64,000 bases of DNA from Cetorhinus maximus (lineage: Eukaryota), in NCBI RefSeq assembly GCF_964194155.1, contig NC_135888.1, positions 8,742,001 through 8,806,000 of the forward strand, given 5' to 3'. The translations under genes were made by a program, and so were the position numbers. Below the pieces are notes generated by a model that had not been told where the DNA came from, did no database searches, and saw only the letters and a list, made by a program, of their open reading frames with translations. Below are positions 38,422 through 52,674 of this stretch, piece after piece. Every line of letters begins with the position of its first letter. Positions within the stretch are counted from its first letter, which is position 1.

Positions 38422-39647
38422 TTCCAAATGGTAGTAAGCTGAGAGTTTCATTTATGCATTTTAAAAAAAAATAACATAGAGAACTGGATTTTGTTTTGAA
38501 ATGCTATTGGTTTGCAGCTTCAATGAAAGGGGATATGTTTAAAATCATCACATTTGTCAACCATGCCTGCCTTTGGTTTCAAAGCAATTTACTATTTAAA
38601 AACTGGAACAAGCCTTTCACAAAGATATCAGTGGAAAGGAAATGTTCATTAAAACTAGCAATTGCTCCTGTGAAGTTGATGCCAGCTTTTTAAAATTCAC
38701 AACCAACCTGTGTTCAGTCTTAGACCGTGCAAGTTTAAATTAATGGGATGAGGGATACCTGAGAAAATATAGTGTGTTGCACATCATTGAAGAGAACAAG
38801 GGAATTTTGCATAAGAATTGGCTGCTACTTTTCAAAATCCTATGCTTTTTAAAGATTGATTAAGGTATTTTTATGAATTATATTTCAACAAGAATGTGTA
38901 GATTCCCTTCGAAAGTAAAGGTTGCCCACGTGCTTTCTTTCGAAGAATTCGAGCAGATAGTGCCAGCCGTAAAAATGTATGCTCTCTGCTAATTTTCGCC
39001 ATCTAAACAGATTTCTAAACTTGGTTTACATTGATTCTTGAATCTCAGTTTCTGAAGTATTTTTGATGATTTTCATCGATGTTCTATAGATGTTGTGTAT
39101 TTGAAGACTGAAAAAGAAATGCTGCTTTTTTAAAAAGTTCCACAATGCCACATCAGGCTGTTCAACACATGTGGGGGGGGGGGGGGGATTCTGTAAACTT
39201 TCACTTCTTCATTACCTGTGAATTCAGGTTGGACCACTTAATTTAAACCCAGCTCTCATGGAGCGAAAGCACCAAATTAAAGGCAGTGCAGACTTCCTTC
39301 ACCATGCAACTGTCTTAACTCATGAATTTAACTCAGGCCTGTAAAATGTTTGTATTCTGAGGGGATGAGGAATCAGCTTGAAACTTGACTATACCAAATC
39401 CTTCACTAAACTTTGAGTAGAGCATTTTTATTTTCATGGATTATGTTTGTTGTATGAACATGTAAGGCAGTATTTGTTTTCTTTGACTTGAAACTTAATG
39501 TCATCTCATGTTCAAAAGCAAATAAATGTTTTCATTTGAAATTTGCGCAGTAATTTTTGATTTAAAACTGACAATTAGTTACGTGCTTGATCTTTACTGA
39601 TATATGGAGCCTTTATAACCTCTATATGGTTTGAAAAAAGTTGAACA

Positions 39648-39995
39648 AGCTTGCATTTAGTGCCTTTCATGACCTCGGGTCACACCAAAGTGTTTTCACA
39701 AACAATGAAGTACTTTTGAAAGGTAGCCACTGTTGTTAAGATAGGGGAACATGGCAGCCAATTTGCACACACACGGTCCTACAAACAGCAGTAAAATAAA
39801 TGACCAAATAATCTGGTTTAGTGGTGATGATAGAGAGCTAAATGTTGTCCAGGACAAGCTCTCTCGCCTTTGATTAGTATCATGGGATTATTTATATGTA
39901 CTTGAGGAAGCATGCAGGAATTTGGTTTACTGACTCATCTGAAAAATGGGAGCTCCAACATCACAAGAATCCCTTAGTACAGTGCTAAAACATAG
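39648..39995 (-). mobile_element. Deu-domain SINE, 5'-eroded
   Basis: cttgcatttagtgcctttcatgacctc...atggcagccaatttgcacac...catgggattattta. Confidence 0.75.
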
Positions 39996-40215
39996 GCCTG
40001 GTGACTAATTTCAAGAGCAGGTGATCTAACACACTGCTCTTTGTATATTTCAGTTTCAAGACCAAATTTCTATCAGTACTATTTTCAGACCTTGAGTAGT
40101 TACCAAGAAATAACTATTGATGTATGTTTAACAACAAATTTTAAAGAAAGGCCAGAAAGGCTCTAGTTTGAAATCTCTTATTTTGATGGAAAATATGATT
40201 TTTGTCTTGCTTCAG

Positions 40216-40313
40216 GCACATATCCCTGACGCTTCCTGCTACTTTCCGATCTAAGATGCACGGCACCAGGCCTGACTTTGAACATCAGACCTCCAATCTA
40301 TACGCCATATCAG
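40216..40313 (+). CDS. MVB12B: MVB12B internal coding exon: (R)HISLTLPATFRSKMHGTRPDFEHQTSNLYAIS + 1 nt
   Basis: ttgcttcAG acceptor (40214-40215), GTGAGT donor at 40314; 98 nt. AG+G = Arg gives APNLPRHISLTLPATFR...SNLYAIS, as in MVB12B. The next exon (UMA domain start) was not found in the window. Confidence 0.95.
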
Positions 40314-42197
40314 GTGAGTGTTACAGTATGTGGGAATCCCGTACCAAAATGTTTCTCATTCAGGTTAAGCGCTATTATATGCCATATTAGCATATCTTAT
40401 TTGTGGAAGTACTGTTTTTAATGATACAGTTTGATCAATTCCACTGAATAAGAAATAATCCTGCAATATAATTAGGTGGCAAAAGTTGCCAGGTGCCATC
40501 AAGTCACCTGAAGACATTAATGCAATGCAAATGATATCCAGCTGCTTTCTTTTTAACAGTTTACCCGTTTGACCTCCAAAAGTGCTTCAGGGGAGGCTTT
40601 TTTGGTACTATCTATTCCCATTTCTAGGGAACCTTTGCCTACATAAAATTAAGGAGACTCTTGGCAAGAAGATGTTATTTTATTGTATATAGTCCCTCTC
40701 CCTTATTTCCGGAAAATTCCTTATTAATGCCTTGCTCTCTCTATCGCTATTTTGAAATTTCCAGCTATTAAGCGAACAACTATTTTATATATCTATTTCT
40801 CTGTTTTAAAAAAAAATGTTTTGTTTTTCATAGCAAGTTCATGGACCAATAATGAAATTAAAAAGGAACTGTAAAGAATTGCTTCATTTTTTAAAACAAG
40901 TGTGGGAGCTCTGAATTACAAGGCTTATTTTTGGATTGCTCATAGCTGGTATAAGGGTGAAGTGTTCAGTGCATAACTAGGTGAGTTGTTTAAAAAGTGG
41001 AGGTACAAAAAAATACAGTTCTATTTTGACTTGATCTTTGGACTTCTGAAGCCATTCTGTTTATTCAGCTGGCTACATATTTTGGCCATTGTTACTGTTT
41101 TTAAACCAACTTTTATTCCAAGTTAACAAATGCTGTCAAGAATTGGAGCACAGGTATAGTAGTTCTATTTGAAGCATCAGTTTTGCACTCTGAAAAAAAT
41201 CATTGATGAAGAAATTAAAAAAGAGTAACGTTTTGGTGAAAAGCTGACCCAATAAACAGCATTGCGTTTTTAATCCCATTAAGTGGCATGGTCCTTTTTG
41301 CTTTTAATAGGGGGATTGTTAATAGCCAAAACTTGTAAATTAACACATTTACCATTAATCATATGTTTTATGTTTGTTGCTATGGTCGTGTTGACAGGTG
41401 GGCAGGTTTACTCTTGAAAAAACATGTGGGTGCTGTCAGGCATCAGGAAGCAAGGTTGTTGGGATTGATGAATTGCCTGCTCCCTTGATTAAGCCTTCAG
41501 TCACTCGCAACAGCAAAACCAGGAACAGGATTTTGAATAGAATGTGTCAAATTCATTTGGTTCTGGGTTGTTGCAGTTGTTGCAGCTTGTGTCATGTGTT
41601 AACAAAATATGTGAATTCTGACACTTCTCCTTTTTGTACATTATTTGCTTATTGGCAGGCAGAGTGGAAAATATTGAAACCTTGCATCTAAGTCATGTCT
41701 CGATTCAAGCTGTGCTTATGATTCTGTAGTTACTGGAAGACCTGGGTTGTACCATGAGAGGAAAGATCAATAGTTTTCAAACACGTGTTGACTTTTTATT
41801 CTTGTGTTATTTTCTGCTAGCATTACTTTTCAATCTGTGTTCCTTTAGTACCAGGTGTGCACTGTAACTTCATAATCAAGATGGTTGGTATAATCTTTCC
41901 TCTCTGAGCAAACTGTATGACTCTCCAGCTTTTTGAAGAAGCATAATAAATTAAGTGTGTTTTTTCTACTGCCCCATCTGAACTGTTTAGCTGGTGGAAT
42001 TAAGTTGCAAGGTACCTGGCACATTTGTGCAAGTATTCTGTCTGCAACCTGAATTAGATATACAGCAAGTGAATACAGGTTTCACTGCTGTAACCATCAG
42101 TCTTAACAGTCCCAGCTAACACTTAAGAAATCATCTGTTAATTTTTTTCTTTTCTTATGTGCTCCTTTTGGAAAGCCCTGTTCAATGCACTTTATTG

Positions 42198-42516
42198 TAG
42201 CCTTGTTCCAGATTGTGTGTTAAAGTCTCACTCACCACTGCACACTATATCATGGCTCCTATAGCCTTGACCCAGATTGTGTGTTAAAGCCTCACTCACC
42301 ACTGCACACTATATCATGGCTCCTATAGCCTTGACCCAGATTGTGTGTTAAAGCCTCACTCACCACTGCACACTATATCATGGCTCCTATAGCCTTGAGC
42401 CAGATTGTGTGTTAAAGCCTCACTCACCACTGCACACTATATCATGGCTCCTATAGCCTTGACCCAGATTGTGTGTTAAAGCCCCACTCACCACCGCACA
42501 CTATATCATGGCTCCT
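42198..42516 (+). repeat. 64-bp minisatellite, about 5 near-identical copies
   Basis: CCAGATTG recurs at 42208, 42272, 42336, 42400, 42464; unit CCAGATTGTGTGTTAAAGCCTCACTCACCACTGCACACTATATCATGGCTCCTATAGCCTTGAC. Confidence 0.98.
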
Positions 42517-44644
42517 CACCATGAATGAAAACCTTACTATTTATTAAAGTCTGGCTCCCCAGCTGATGTCAAAAATCTTGCCATCCAACGCCCTCCTCTT
42601 GATGCTGTTCCCTGAGTAAAGTTTGCAATGCTGCAGGATGCCAAGTGAAAAGATCACTTTTGGAGTGAAAGAGGCAAGGAAGGTAAAAAGTGAGGAAGGG
42701 AAGAAAGTGAAAGAGAAATTAAGAAAAAAGTTGATAATGAGAGAACACAACAATGAAGGAGGACAGCAAGACAAACAAAGTGAAGGACAGCAAGAAATCA
42801 GAGGACTCGGAGAAAAAATAGAGTTGGGATGGGGGTTGCGGGGGCAGATAAAGAAAGGAAAAGGATGATTTTTTTGCAGAGCTACCACCGAATATTTATA
42901 GATAAAGGTGAAGAGAAGCTTGGGTACATTCCGCAAAAGCTTTAAGATTCAATGAATCAGATAGTTGTGTTTCCAATTCATTATGCAGAATGTCAGTTGC
43001 TTTGGGACAACCTTGAACAAAGACACGGCACTAAGTGGGTAGGACTTCACAAGCCCTAACCTCAGTTTGTCAGTGGTTTAGTTTATGCTGGCCTTTTCCT
43101 CAGAGTGGCAAGACTTTTCATTCTTGATACATTTCTCCAAACGTTTGCTGAAAATTTCACTCAAATGGCCACCATCCCTTCAGGCCATGCCTTCTTTCCT
43201 GAAATTGCTATTAGCAATAAAAGTGGACTTTTTCTCAATGCTGCTATACATCTCTTAGTGGTGAGTCTTGGCTGTTGCTTCGGTATCCCTTTTCCCCACT
43301 GCCGTTCAATCCAGACTCCCTGGTACCCTGTACAAGTGCCATGGTAATGAGAGACACTCATTCAAAGCCCACTGTTGCGAAGATGATCTCTATTGAATCA
43401 AGATTCTAAGTGAAAGGCAAACTTCTCTCTCTAAGAGGGTCAGTACATTGTGGAGTACAGTCATCTCCAGCCCAGATCACTATCACAAGTTTGGAAGTCT
43501 AGGCAGTTGTTCTTTTCACTAGTAACGTTTAGTTAGTTAAGTAGGTAAGCTGACAATGATGTGCAGATGGTGTCTGTAGTACACTGTAAATTCTCTTAAC
43601 GTGCTTTTTACCAATGGGTCTTTGGTAAAGATATTTCTAGACACAAACTGCACAATTTCAGCAGTTTTCACAAAGAAAATCCTCTTGGTATCCTACTGTT
43701 TAGCTGATAGATTTATATAATTATTATTTTTTTAGAACTGTGTCTTTAGCAAATTGGCATATATTGAGCTCAGCTCAGCAATACAGAAGTATATGTGCGT
43801 CATTTTGGGAGATTTTACGGTATAGAATGCATTTATTAATAAATTCCTTGAGCAATAATGCTTTAATGTTTAGTATTGATGGAGTATGAGACAGCTGTTA
43901 CAGTTATTGATTGTAAAAAGCCATTGGAACCAATATATGTTTGTGTTATTTTAGCCCTTTGAAAAATATATAATTTATGGAGCAATAAAGTGGCTAATTA
44001 TTTGTGCTGTTGAAGCTGGTGGAAATGTACACTACTCAAAACATTTGTCACAAAAAATATGCAGTTTTTAATTAGTAACAGTATGCTGACCCTTCAATTA
44101 AGGAGCCACTAGTTGCATTAAAACTTCAATTATACAGCAGCTTTGAAATGAATTGGTAACCTACCTCAAAGACAACTTAAACCCCAAGAAAGCATTTACT
44201 GTGTGTTATGGCTCCACCTGCTAATAAATCTAACCAACACTGCCAGATTTGGGAACCATTATCCTTAAATGAAGAACGCCTGAATAAGTTGGTGAATGCT
44301 GATATCATGGGCGAGTTGGTCATGTAATTTCTAGAAAATTACGATTGAAATTTGCTGTGTATATGGTTCATTTGGGTGACATGGACAGACTTTTGCATAG
44401 AATGTATAAATGTCTAGGAAACATGTTTCCAGTGTTTTTTTTGGATCTCTAGCTCAGTTTCAGTGGAAAGAAAATATACTTGCATATCTCTCCAGGAAGC
44501 ATTTGTCACTAAACTGTGGAACTTGGGCTCCCTGTGGGAATATTTTTTCCGTCAAAAAAAACTTCCTGCCCCCACTACATAGCTATTTTTGGATTCATTA
44601 GTTTTCTTGTAATCAGTGAGCCCCAAAAGGTAGGAGTTGTTCGT

Positions 44645-45870
44645 AAAATATTGCAGATGCTAGAAATTTGAAATATAACGAGAAAGTGCTGGAAATAATT
44701 ATAAAAAGTACTAGAAGTTCTCAGCTTGTCAGGCAGCATCTCTGGAGAGACAAACGGTTGGGATGTCAGGTTGATGACCTTTCATCAGAACTGGAAGAAA
44801 TTGGAGATGTCTGCTTGCTTAAAGGCAGTTGCAGAGGCAGGGAGAAAACAAAAGGAGGGAAGGTCTGTGATAGGATGCAAGGTAGGAGAGATAAATGACC
44901 AAAGGGTTAATGGTGCAAGGCTACAGGGATGGCTAATGGGATAACTAAAGCAACAAAAGATGGGTGTAGACTTCAGAGGAGGTATAAATGGGAAAAGCAG
45001 AATCGCCCCCAACAGTTGCTATCCAGAAAAATAGATGGAGACTGAGGTTAGGATCCGAAATTGTTGGGCTCAATCTTGAGTCTGTAAAAGTCCTAGTTAA
45101 AAGATAAGGTGCTGTTCCTTGAGTTTATGGTGAGTTTTGTTAGAACAGTGTAGGACGCCAAGGACTGACAAATCCAAGTGGGGGTGGAGAACTAAAATGA
45201 CATGGTGACTAGAAGCTCAGGGCCACTCTTGTAGGCTAAATGGAGAGGACCTGCAAAGAAGTTACCCAATCTGTGAAGATACTGCATTGTGTGCACAGTA
45301 TACTAAATTGAAAGATGTACAACTTAATCACTGTTTTACCTGAAAAGAGTGGAATCTTGGGAAGGACTGGTGTTACATGCCCTCTGTTTGCATGGAAAGT
45401 TGTGGTGGGAATGGGAGGGGATGTTGGAGTTACCTTGAGGAGTGGACTAAGGTTCAAGGATGGAATGGCCCCTTCAGAATGCTGAATGGAGGAAGGAGAG
45501 GTGATGGTATAATGCTGGAGGCAGTAGGAATAGTGAAGGATGAACTGCTGAATGTTGGTGGCTGGTGGGGTGCAAGATGAATACAAGGGGAACTCGATTG
45601 TAATTCTGAGAGGTGTGAGCAGAAGTGAGAGAAATGGAATGGACTTAATCGAAGAAGCCCTGTGATGCTCAACTGAAGAAAAAGGAAGACATAGTAGAAG
45701 TTCTGTAATGGAAGGTTGCATTGTCAGAAGGCGTGTGACTAAGATGGAGAAACTGGGAGCATGGAATAGAGCCCTTGCAAGAAATGGGGTGGAACGAAGT
45801 GTGGTCGAGGTAGTTGTGCATGCCAGTGAGCTTATAGCGGTTAGAGAGGTTGGCCACTTGAACTTGTACC
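44645..45870 (-). mobile_element. Decayed Penelope-like element (RT C-terminal region to terminal repeat)
   Basis: Minus ORF RYKLTGMHNYLDHTSFHPISCKGSIPCSQFLHL matches the PLE YKPTD.H.YL...S.HP...K.SIP.SQ.LR motif; terminal repeat with CTGATGA-A-AGGT catca ACCT at about 44755-44793. Confidence 0.85.
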
Positions 45871-48800
45871 TGAAATTCAAAAAAAAAACTGGCAGCGTTT
45901 TTTGAGAGAGGCTGAAGGAAGAGTTTTTCAAGGATTTGGGAGAGGGAAGACAGGATGCAGGAGAAGAAAATGATGGGAACAGCAGGTAGGTGCTAATTAG
46001 AGGATTTTCATTGAATTAATGAGCACTCATAACATGACCGTTTTTATTGTTCCAGAAGTACTGCTGTAATTGTCAAATGGTTAACTGGGAAATGATTACC
46101 CTCTTCCAATTATTCCTCGATTTTGTTTCTGTGAAGTGTCTTTCCATTTTTGAATAAATGGACTTTGAGCCCCAGAATGCAGCACTGGCAGTACTCTTGT
46201 CAAGTTGCAGTCTGCTACCAGCAAATGGATATACTTTGCAAAAGCCCATGCATAACATGGCAGCTTTGAAATTGCAGAAGAGTGGTGCGTTTTTATCTTT
46301 TAAGGCTTTGTTTCTATTCAAAGTGCCCTCATTTGGCACAAAATAATACAGCCAGAGAAATTCAGATAGTAATATTTGGTGTGTAGTTGTGAACCTTGCT
46401 CTTTTATGTTTTGTTATGTGTTTTGTCAAAGGAGTTGCATTTAATTCTTGGCTATGCTTTGAGTTGAAGTAGACTTGCTGAAATTCCATATCCTGCAACT
46501 GTAATGTAGAATATTTAGGTATGTATATATTGCCTGCTTTCGTTTGAATATTTTTAATACTGGAATATCTCTGATGAAATGCAAATAAATGAAAATTTTA
46601 TTTGCCTGTGTTCATTGATATCTAATCTTTATTGTTCAATACTACAGGTGGAGAAATGGAGAAATAATTGTCCTGTGTAATATTCAAGCAGAAGTAGTAA
46701 CTTTTCATTGAGAGGAGATGGAAATAGCTTTTTTCAATGCAAGAGAAACTAAAGGGCAGTTTTAAGTTGGTGGAGTGAGATTAGTGTTCTCTGCTCTTGC
46801 TTTTCACATGTCACGCTGTGGATTAAAACATTTCAGAATTTGCAGAAATTTACAAGAAAGAGCCAGTCCCCAAGATGTGCCCAGTTTTCAGGATGTGTCT
46901 GTATATATGATCTAGTGATGATTTTTAAGAAAAGTTTGTAGCTTTCAGGCTATGAACTGAATTGTGCAGTGCATAACCGGCTGTGAATGTTTTCTCTAAA
47001 ATGTCTTGTATATTTTTTCCCATTCAAAGGCAGTAATACCCTAGCATTGATTAAATTAGAATGCTGTTGCAGTAGATTCTGATGGATGAAAAAGCTAGAT
47101 ATAACCAGATGTTCATACATAAGACATGACATTTAAAGGTGTATGAGCAAGATTGAGTCTGCATTGTGCATTTTATGGTTAGAGTTTGGATTAGACAAAT
47201 TGAGATTTCAAAACGTTTAAATCTCATTTTAGGTGTGTTAAACTTAAAATGTATGTTCCCCAAGTTTTTGATTAATTGAATCCAATTACACCCATGTTAA
47301 CGTGGAATCTCAACTATCTAGTTGCCAGCTATCCTTGCATTCATTAATCCTTTGATAGGCATGTGGTGTTGCATTTCTCCTTTGCTGTATATGAGTTCCC
47401 TACAACCCGCTCTCCCAAGATAGAGGTTTAAGTTTTGCTGCTTTTTGGTATTAAGCCACAGGCCGTAATGTGTCTACATACAGATGAGGATAAATCATGC
47501 TTCTTGCACCTTTAATGTTTTATACTTGCATTTGAAAATTTCAATCTCCCTTTTTCCCCTCAGTCTAATTTTTCAGTTTTGTCCCCTGTGCCATGTGCAA
47601 CTAACTACTGTCCATGGAATTCATTCTGAACCTGCTGCCTGTGCTACTCAAGATCAGTAAAGTTTGATACTCCTAATTTCTTACCCTCGCTCAATGTGTC
47701 CCAGACCTTCAATCTGAGGTCTTCAAACTGTGCTCTGTCATGGCAATGCAACCTCATAGCACACATAAAAGTTTATTGCTGGGTCCACTGTTAGCAGGGC
47801 TGTGAACAGAATTGCAATCTTCCTAGTAGAATAGGCATATCGATCAGTAATAGACAAGTACACCTTGTGATGTACTACAAATTATGTTTTTGCCGCTTGA
47901 GAAAATGATAAGAATGCGTGTATTTTTGTTATTTGAGGGACAGGTGTCACTGAAGGTGGGACAAAGCTGGTTTCTGATTTAAAATATTAAAGCTTTTTAA
48001 AACAAAAATCAGGAAATGTTAACTTTTTAACAACTGTAATATGCTGAAGCTGAAATTTCAGCATTAGGTTTTGGTCATTGGATTGTCCTCTGAAATGGTT
48101 TGTTCTGCGAATGTTTCCATCAAGCCTCAGATTGCAGAATTGCTGATTTATAGTTGATACAAGGAGTACCATTCAGATAGAACACTTAGTTACAGAAGAA
48201 AAAAAGAACAAATAAAGATGCAGATTTTAAGTACATGTTTGTTTCATCTCGAGACCTGAAGTAGGTTCAGTAGTTCAGAACAGTGATCATCAAATTGCTT
48301 TCGCTCAGTTACTTGCATTAAAGTTTAGCTTCAATTTTTTTTCTTCTTGGGATCAAAGGATTAATTTAGTGTTTATAGCTTGAAAAATTGCACCCCGCTT
48401 GTGTGATATCTTGTTTTTCTCTTGTTCCAAAACCAACTTTATACAACATAGCACTCTGGGTATGGCAAAATGTGCTTCGCATATGAATTACTTTTTCCAA
48501 AATTGGGGAAAGTGTTATGGGATGGACTTGTACAGTTCCATGTGTTATCGCAAGCCTTTTTAGATTAGGTGAAAAATAATTGAATAACTCAAGGATTTTA
48601 TAATATTGCAATTTAACTGAGAACCATAAGCCTATAAAACTTTGAGTATTTTTACAGTTAGAAAAAAAATCTTCCAAAGCATTCATATCTTGACTTTTAA
48701 TGTGGATGGAACCTACTATGAGATCCAATTATTTTAATAGCCGCTAGATGACTGACAATTAACAGACTGTGTAGACAGGTTTTCCTTTTAAACCAGTAAA

Positions 48801-50546
48801 ATTGAGGGTAGTTCGGAAAATATCAGAGCAGCAAGATGACAATGAATTTTGATTTCCTGGAACCAATATTAGAGTCCTTATTAAAGTATGTGCATCTGCT
48901 TTTAATTTACTCCAAATAATTGGAAAATGCAATGAAGCTTTCCAATTAAGGCACTGCTTTTATGCTGTTTAATAATACCCCCATAATATTATAGCTTATG
49001 AAGTGACAGGTGAGCTGTTATATGAATAAAACATAAAGGCAGCAATAAGGGACAGAAAGTGTAGACAGTTGTGGGCTTTTAAATGCAGGATGTGATTTGC
49101 ATATATTAATCTGTTCTTTTCAGGCTTATCAGGCTTTCTTCAGTAGTTGAAGTAAAAATAGCCTTGACAGGCAATGGCATGCTTCATTTTTTTGAGGATT
49201 TATTACATGTATAATTCCAGATCTTTAATAATAAGATATGACTGATTTTCATAGTTCCACAGAATTGAAGGAATTCAGCTAATTGTTCCAGATGGTGCAT
49301 TCTGATTATGCAAAATTACTTTTCATGCTGATTTTTTTTTTGTTTGGTTTTGTTATTTTGATAGAATTCAAATAAAATTAATTTTTGCATACAATCTTTT
49401 ATCTCTCCTACAGAGGTCATCATTTGTTGTAACCTCAAAATTAATTTTCACCCAAGTTCCTCCCCTCACTGGTTCATTAAACATCTAAGATCGGTTCTAT
49501 TTTCTACACTAGTCTTGCCTGTTTTCTCATTCATTTTTATTGTTTCAAAGTGTTCAAAACACATACTATAACGTGTTGCTGTTCCTGAGTTGTTTTAACC
49601 AAATAGGAGGTGTTGATGAACATAAACAGTTGTTCATATTATTTCTGTTGATTTTTCATAGAATGCTTTGGCATGAATGAACTCCACAATTTGAAGCACT
49701 GCTTTTTTTATTTAAAGGACTTTTTTTTTAGCAACGCACACCATTTTCATGTCAAGGAAGTGACCAGACGACCTCATTCCTGTGTTCAGCCAATGCCTTT
49801 CCCAACAAGTTTGTTGGGAAATGGTTTTCCTTTCAATTAAGGCTTCCTAACTAACCCGTAGCTGTGGCTCAGGTTTGGAAAGTGGGAGCTGATGGAAGAA
49901 GAACGAACATGAATAGAATGACTCTTGCCCAGGATTTAAATGTTGTAACAAGAACCCCTGCCCCTCCTGAGGAAGCACCTTATGTCGGGTCTTCCTTTGA
50001 AATCAGAAATTTGCAATGTCGGGAATTCACAACTGAGAGCCTTGACTTGTCCAGCTCTGGTAATTTTTAAAACATATTTCTAGTGGTGAGTTTGTTTTTA
50101 GATGTCAAAATGATGATTTGCGATTCTATTTTGTTGTATTTATGTGAAAAATGAAAGTAGGCAATGAAATCAGCACTATGACAAATGTTGAAAACGTTGA
50201 TTATATTACATTTGGACATTTCTCTTCTGCCTTTAATACTGACTTCAGTGAGTAATTATGCTATGGTATTGTCAGGGAGCTGAGCATTTTAATTGACATT
50301 GGTCATGAATTCTACATTTTTGGTCAATCAGTTGTGGTGGCTGTGTCAGCTGAACATCTTTATTAGCATTGACTGTCTTAATACATTTAATTTAGCATAA
50401 TAGATATTAATGATTAAATTGCAACATTTAACTTCCAGGTCTCTTCACAGTGAATACTGTTATTAAGAGAGAGCACTAAACTATGACTTTTTGGGTTGAG
50501 ACATCATGTTGTCGGTCCCAGGGGCATTAAGTATGTTGTAGTAGTA

Positions 50547-50881
50547 CAGGAAAGTCTCTGTTATCCAGCACGCTCCGGAAATGGGAGGTGCCAGTTAATC
50601 AAATATGCCGGTGAACTGAGGTGTAAGGTGACTTCTGCGTATTCATCCAATGAGAGAGCTTCAGAACGATCACGAGGGTGTCGAGGTCTCGAGAGGTATA
50701 GGAGCGCGCAAATTGAGTGAGTGGCGCTGATAGGCGGTGCTGCAGAGCGGTGGGAGGCTGAGACCAGAGCGAGGAAAGGTCGTCGGTATCTATTATCGGT
50801 GAGTTTGACACCTCCAATCAAAAAACAGACCCAACGTCAGAATTCCGGTTAGTAGAATGCTGGATAACAGAAATTTTACTT
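50547..50881. mobile_element. Tc1/mariner-pogo (Tigger-like) MITE, copy B
   Basis: TA|CAGGAAAGTCTCTGTTATCCAGCA...TGCTGGATAACAGAAATTTTACTT|TA; reverse-orientation homologue of 2567-2917. Confidence 0.85.
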
Positions 50882-51075
50882 TATTAGATTCTTATTTCAA
50901 CAGTTGAAGAGTTTAATATAATTAATGAAGGAGAATAGAATTGCAGATATGAAGTGCAGTGAAATAAAGCCTAACGATCGCTGCAATTTTAAATATGTAA
51001 GTTGTTGTGGGAGCGTGTTATTTGCCCTCGGTCATGACATCGAATACACCAAATAATAAGTTGACCAAAACTTAA

Positions 51076-52012
51076 TCCTCGGCCCAACATCTTCAGCTGT
51101 TTCATCAATGACCTTCCTTCCATCATAAGGTCAGAAGTGTTCGCTGATGATTGCACAATGTTCAGCATCATCCTTAGATATTGAAGCAGTCCATGTCCAA
51201 ATGCAGCATGACCTGGACAATATCTAGACTTGGGCTGACAAGTGGCAAGTAACATTTGCAATATACATGTGTCAGGCAATGATCATCTCCAACAAGAGAA
51301 AATCTAACCACCACCCCTTGACATTCAACGTTACCATCACTGAATCCCCCACTATCAACATCCTGGGAGTTACCTATGACCAGAAACTGAACTGGACTAG
51401 CCATATAAATACTGTGGCTACAAGGGCAAGCCAGAGGCTCGGAATCCTGTGGCGAGTAACTCAGCTGCTGACTCCCCAAAGCCTATCCATCTACAAGGCA
51501 GGATTGTGATGGAACACTCCACTTGCCTGGGTGGGTGCAGCTCCAACAACACTCAAGAAGCTTGACACCATCCAGGTCAAAACAGCCCGCTTGATTGGCA
51601 CCCCATTCACAAACATTCACACTCTCAATCACCTCTCTCTGCAATAATGCACAGTGGCAGTAGTGTGTACCATCTACAAGATGCACTGCAGGAGCTCACC
51701 TGTCTCCTTAGACAGCACCTTCCAAAACCACGACTACTACCATCTAGAAGGACAAGGGCAGCAGACACATGGGAACACCATCACCTGGAAGTTCCCCTCC
51801 AAGCCACTCACCATCCTGACTTGGAACTATATCACCGTTCCTTCACTATCGCTGGGTGAAAACCCAGGAACTCCCTCCCTAACAGCACTGTGGGTGTACC
51901 TACACCACATGGACTGCAGCGCTCTAAGAAGGCAGCTCCCACCACCTTCTCAAGGGCAATAAATGCTGGCCTAGCCAGCAATGCCCACATCCCATGAATG
52001 AATTTTTAAAAA
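51076..52012 (+). mobile_element. 5'-truncated CR1-clade LINE (second family)
   Basis: LGPTSSA/FINDLPSIIRSEV.FADDCTMF, QHDLDNI.TWADKWQV, ILGVTYDQKLNWTSHIN; tail caagggcaataaatgctggcctagccagcaatgcccacatcccatgaatgaat. Confidence 0.9.
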
Positions 52013-52674
52013 CCATCAGCTCAGCATTTTCCCACCTTCCTGCCCAAGCAAAGCTCCATCTGTTTACAGGTAGGATGAAATGTAGGCCAATGTGTTCCAA
52101 CTTCATCACCTATCTTTGCATTGAGATGACATTAATAACCGGTTTGAATTGAATAGACATGCTTTCTATCTTCAAAATTTGTAAACTTTTATTACCCATA
52201 TGGATGCATCAGGCAACATTAATGTTGCATTAACTTTTAGATCTATTTCGATCAAACTGTTTAAAAGAATATTTTTTTAAATGATCAATAACGTATTGCT
52301 ATTATTTAGTCAGAACAACATGGAAAATATTCAACAGTGTAGTAGGCACCAGCCAACGTCTGCTTAGTTTAGTGGTGAATATGGTCATTATCATAGATTG
52401 CATTTTTAAGGATGCAGTAGAGAACTGCTATCGGTTAACTGCAGTCGATCTCACTGGGTGAGCAACAAAATCCAGTTGGCTTGAACTTCTCGAGCCTTGC
52501 CCAGTCATGCTGTCCTGCCCCTCCTCTCCCCACTCATTAAAGGCAAGCTAGTTCTTTATTTGGCAGTTTTAGATTCTGTAAAATGAGCAGTTTTGTTTCA
52601 TAATTTTTATTCATTTTTCTCTTGATACCTGCACCTTGTCAGTGAAATTTAGGCTGAACCTGAATCTGGTTTGT

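Noticed and set aside
39173-39187. Poly-G run as a functional G-quadruplex
   Set aside because: Simple homopolymer, error-prone in assemblies; no other support.
42198-42516. CRISPR-like array
   Set aside because: Head-to-tail identical units with no unique spacers and no cas genes, in vertebrate DNA; an ordinary minisatellite.
42623-42868. K/E-rich ORF
   Set aside because: Purine-rich low-complexity tract with no convincing splice sites.
45236-45931. Longest ORF (231 aa)
   Set aside because: Mostly out-of-frame reading of a decayed Penelope element with compositional bias; no splice support.
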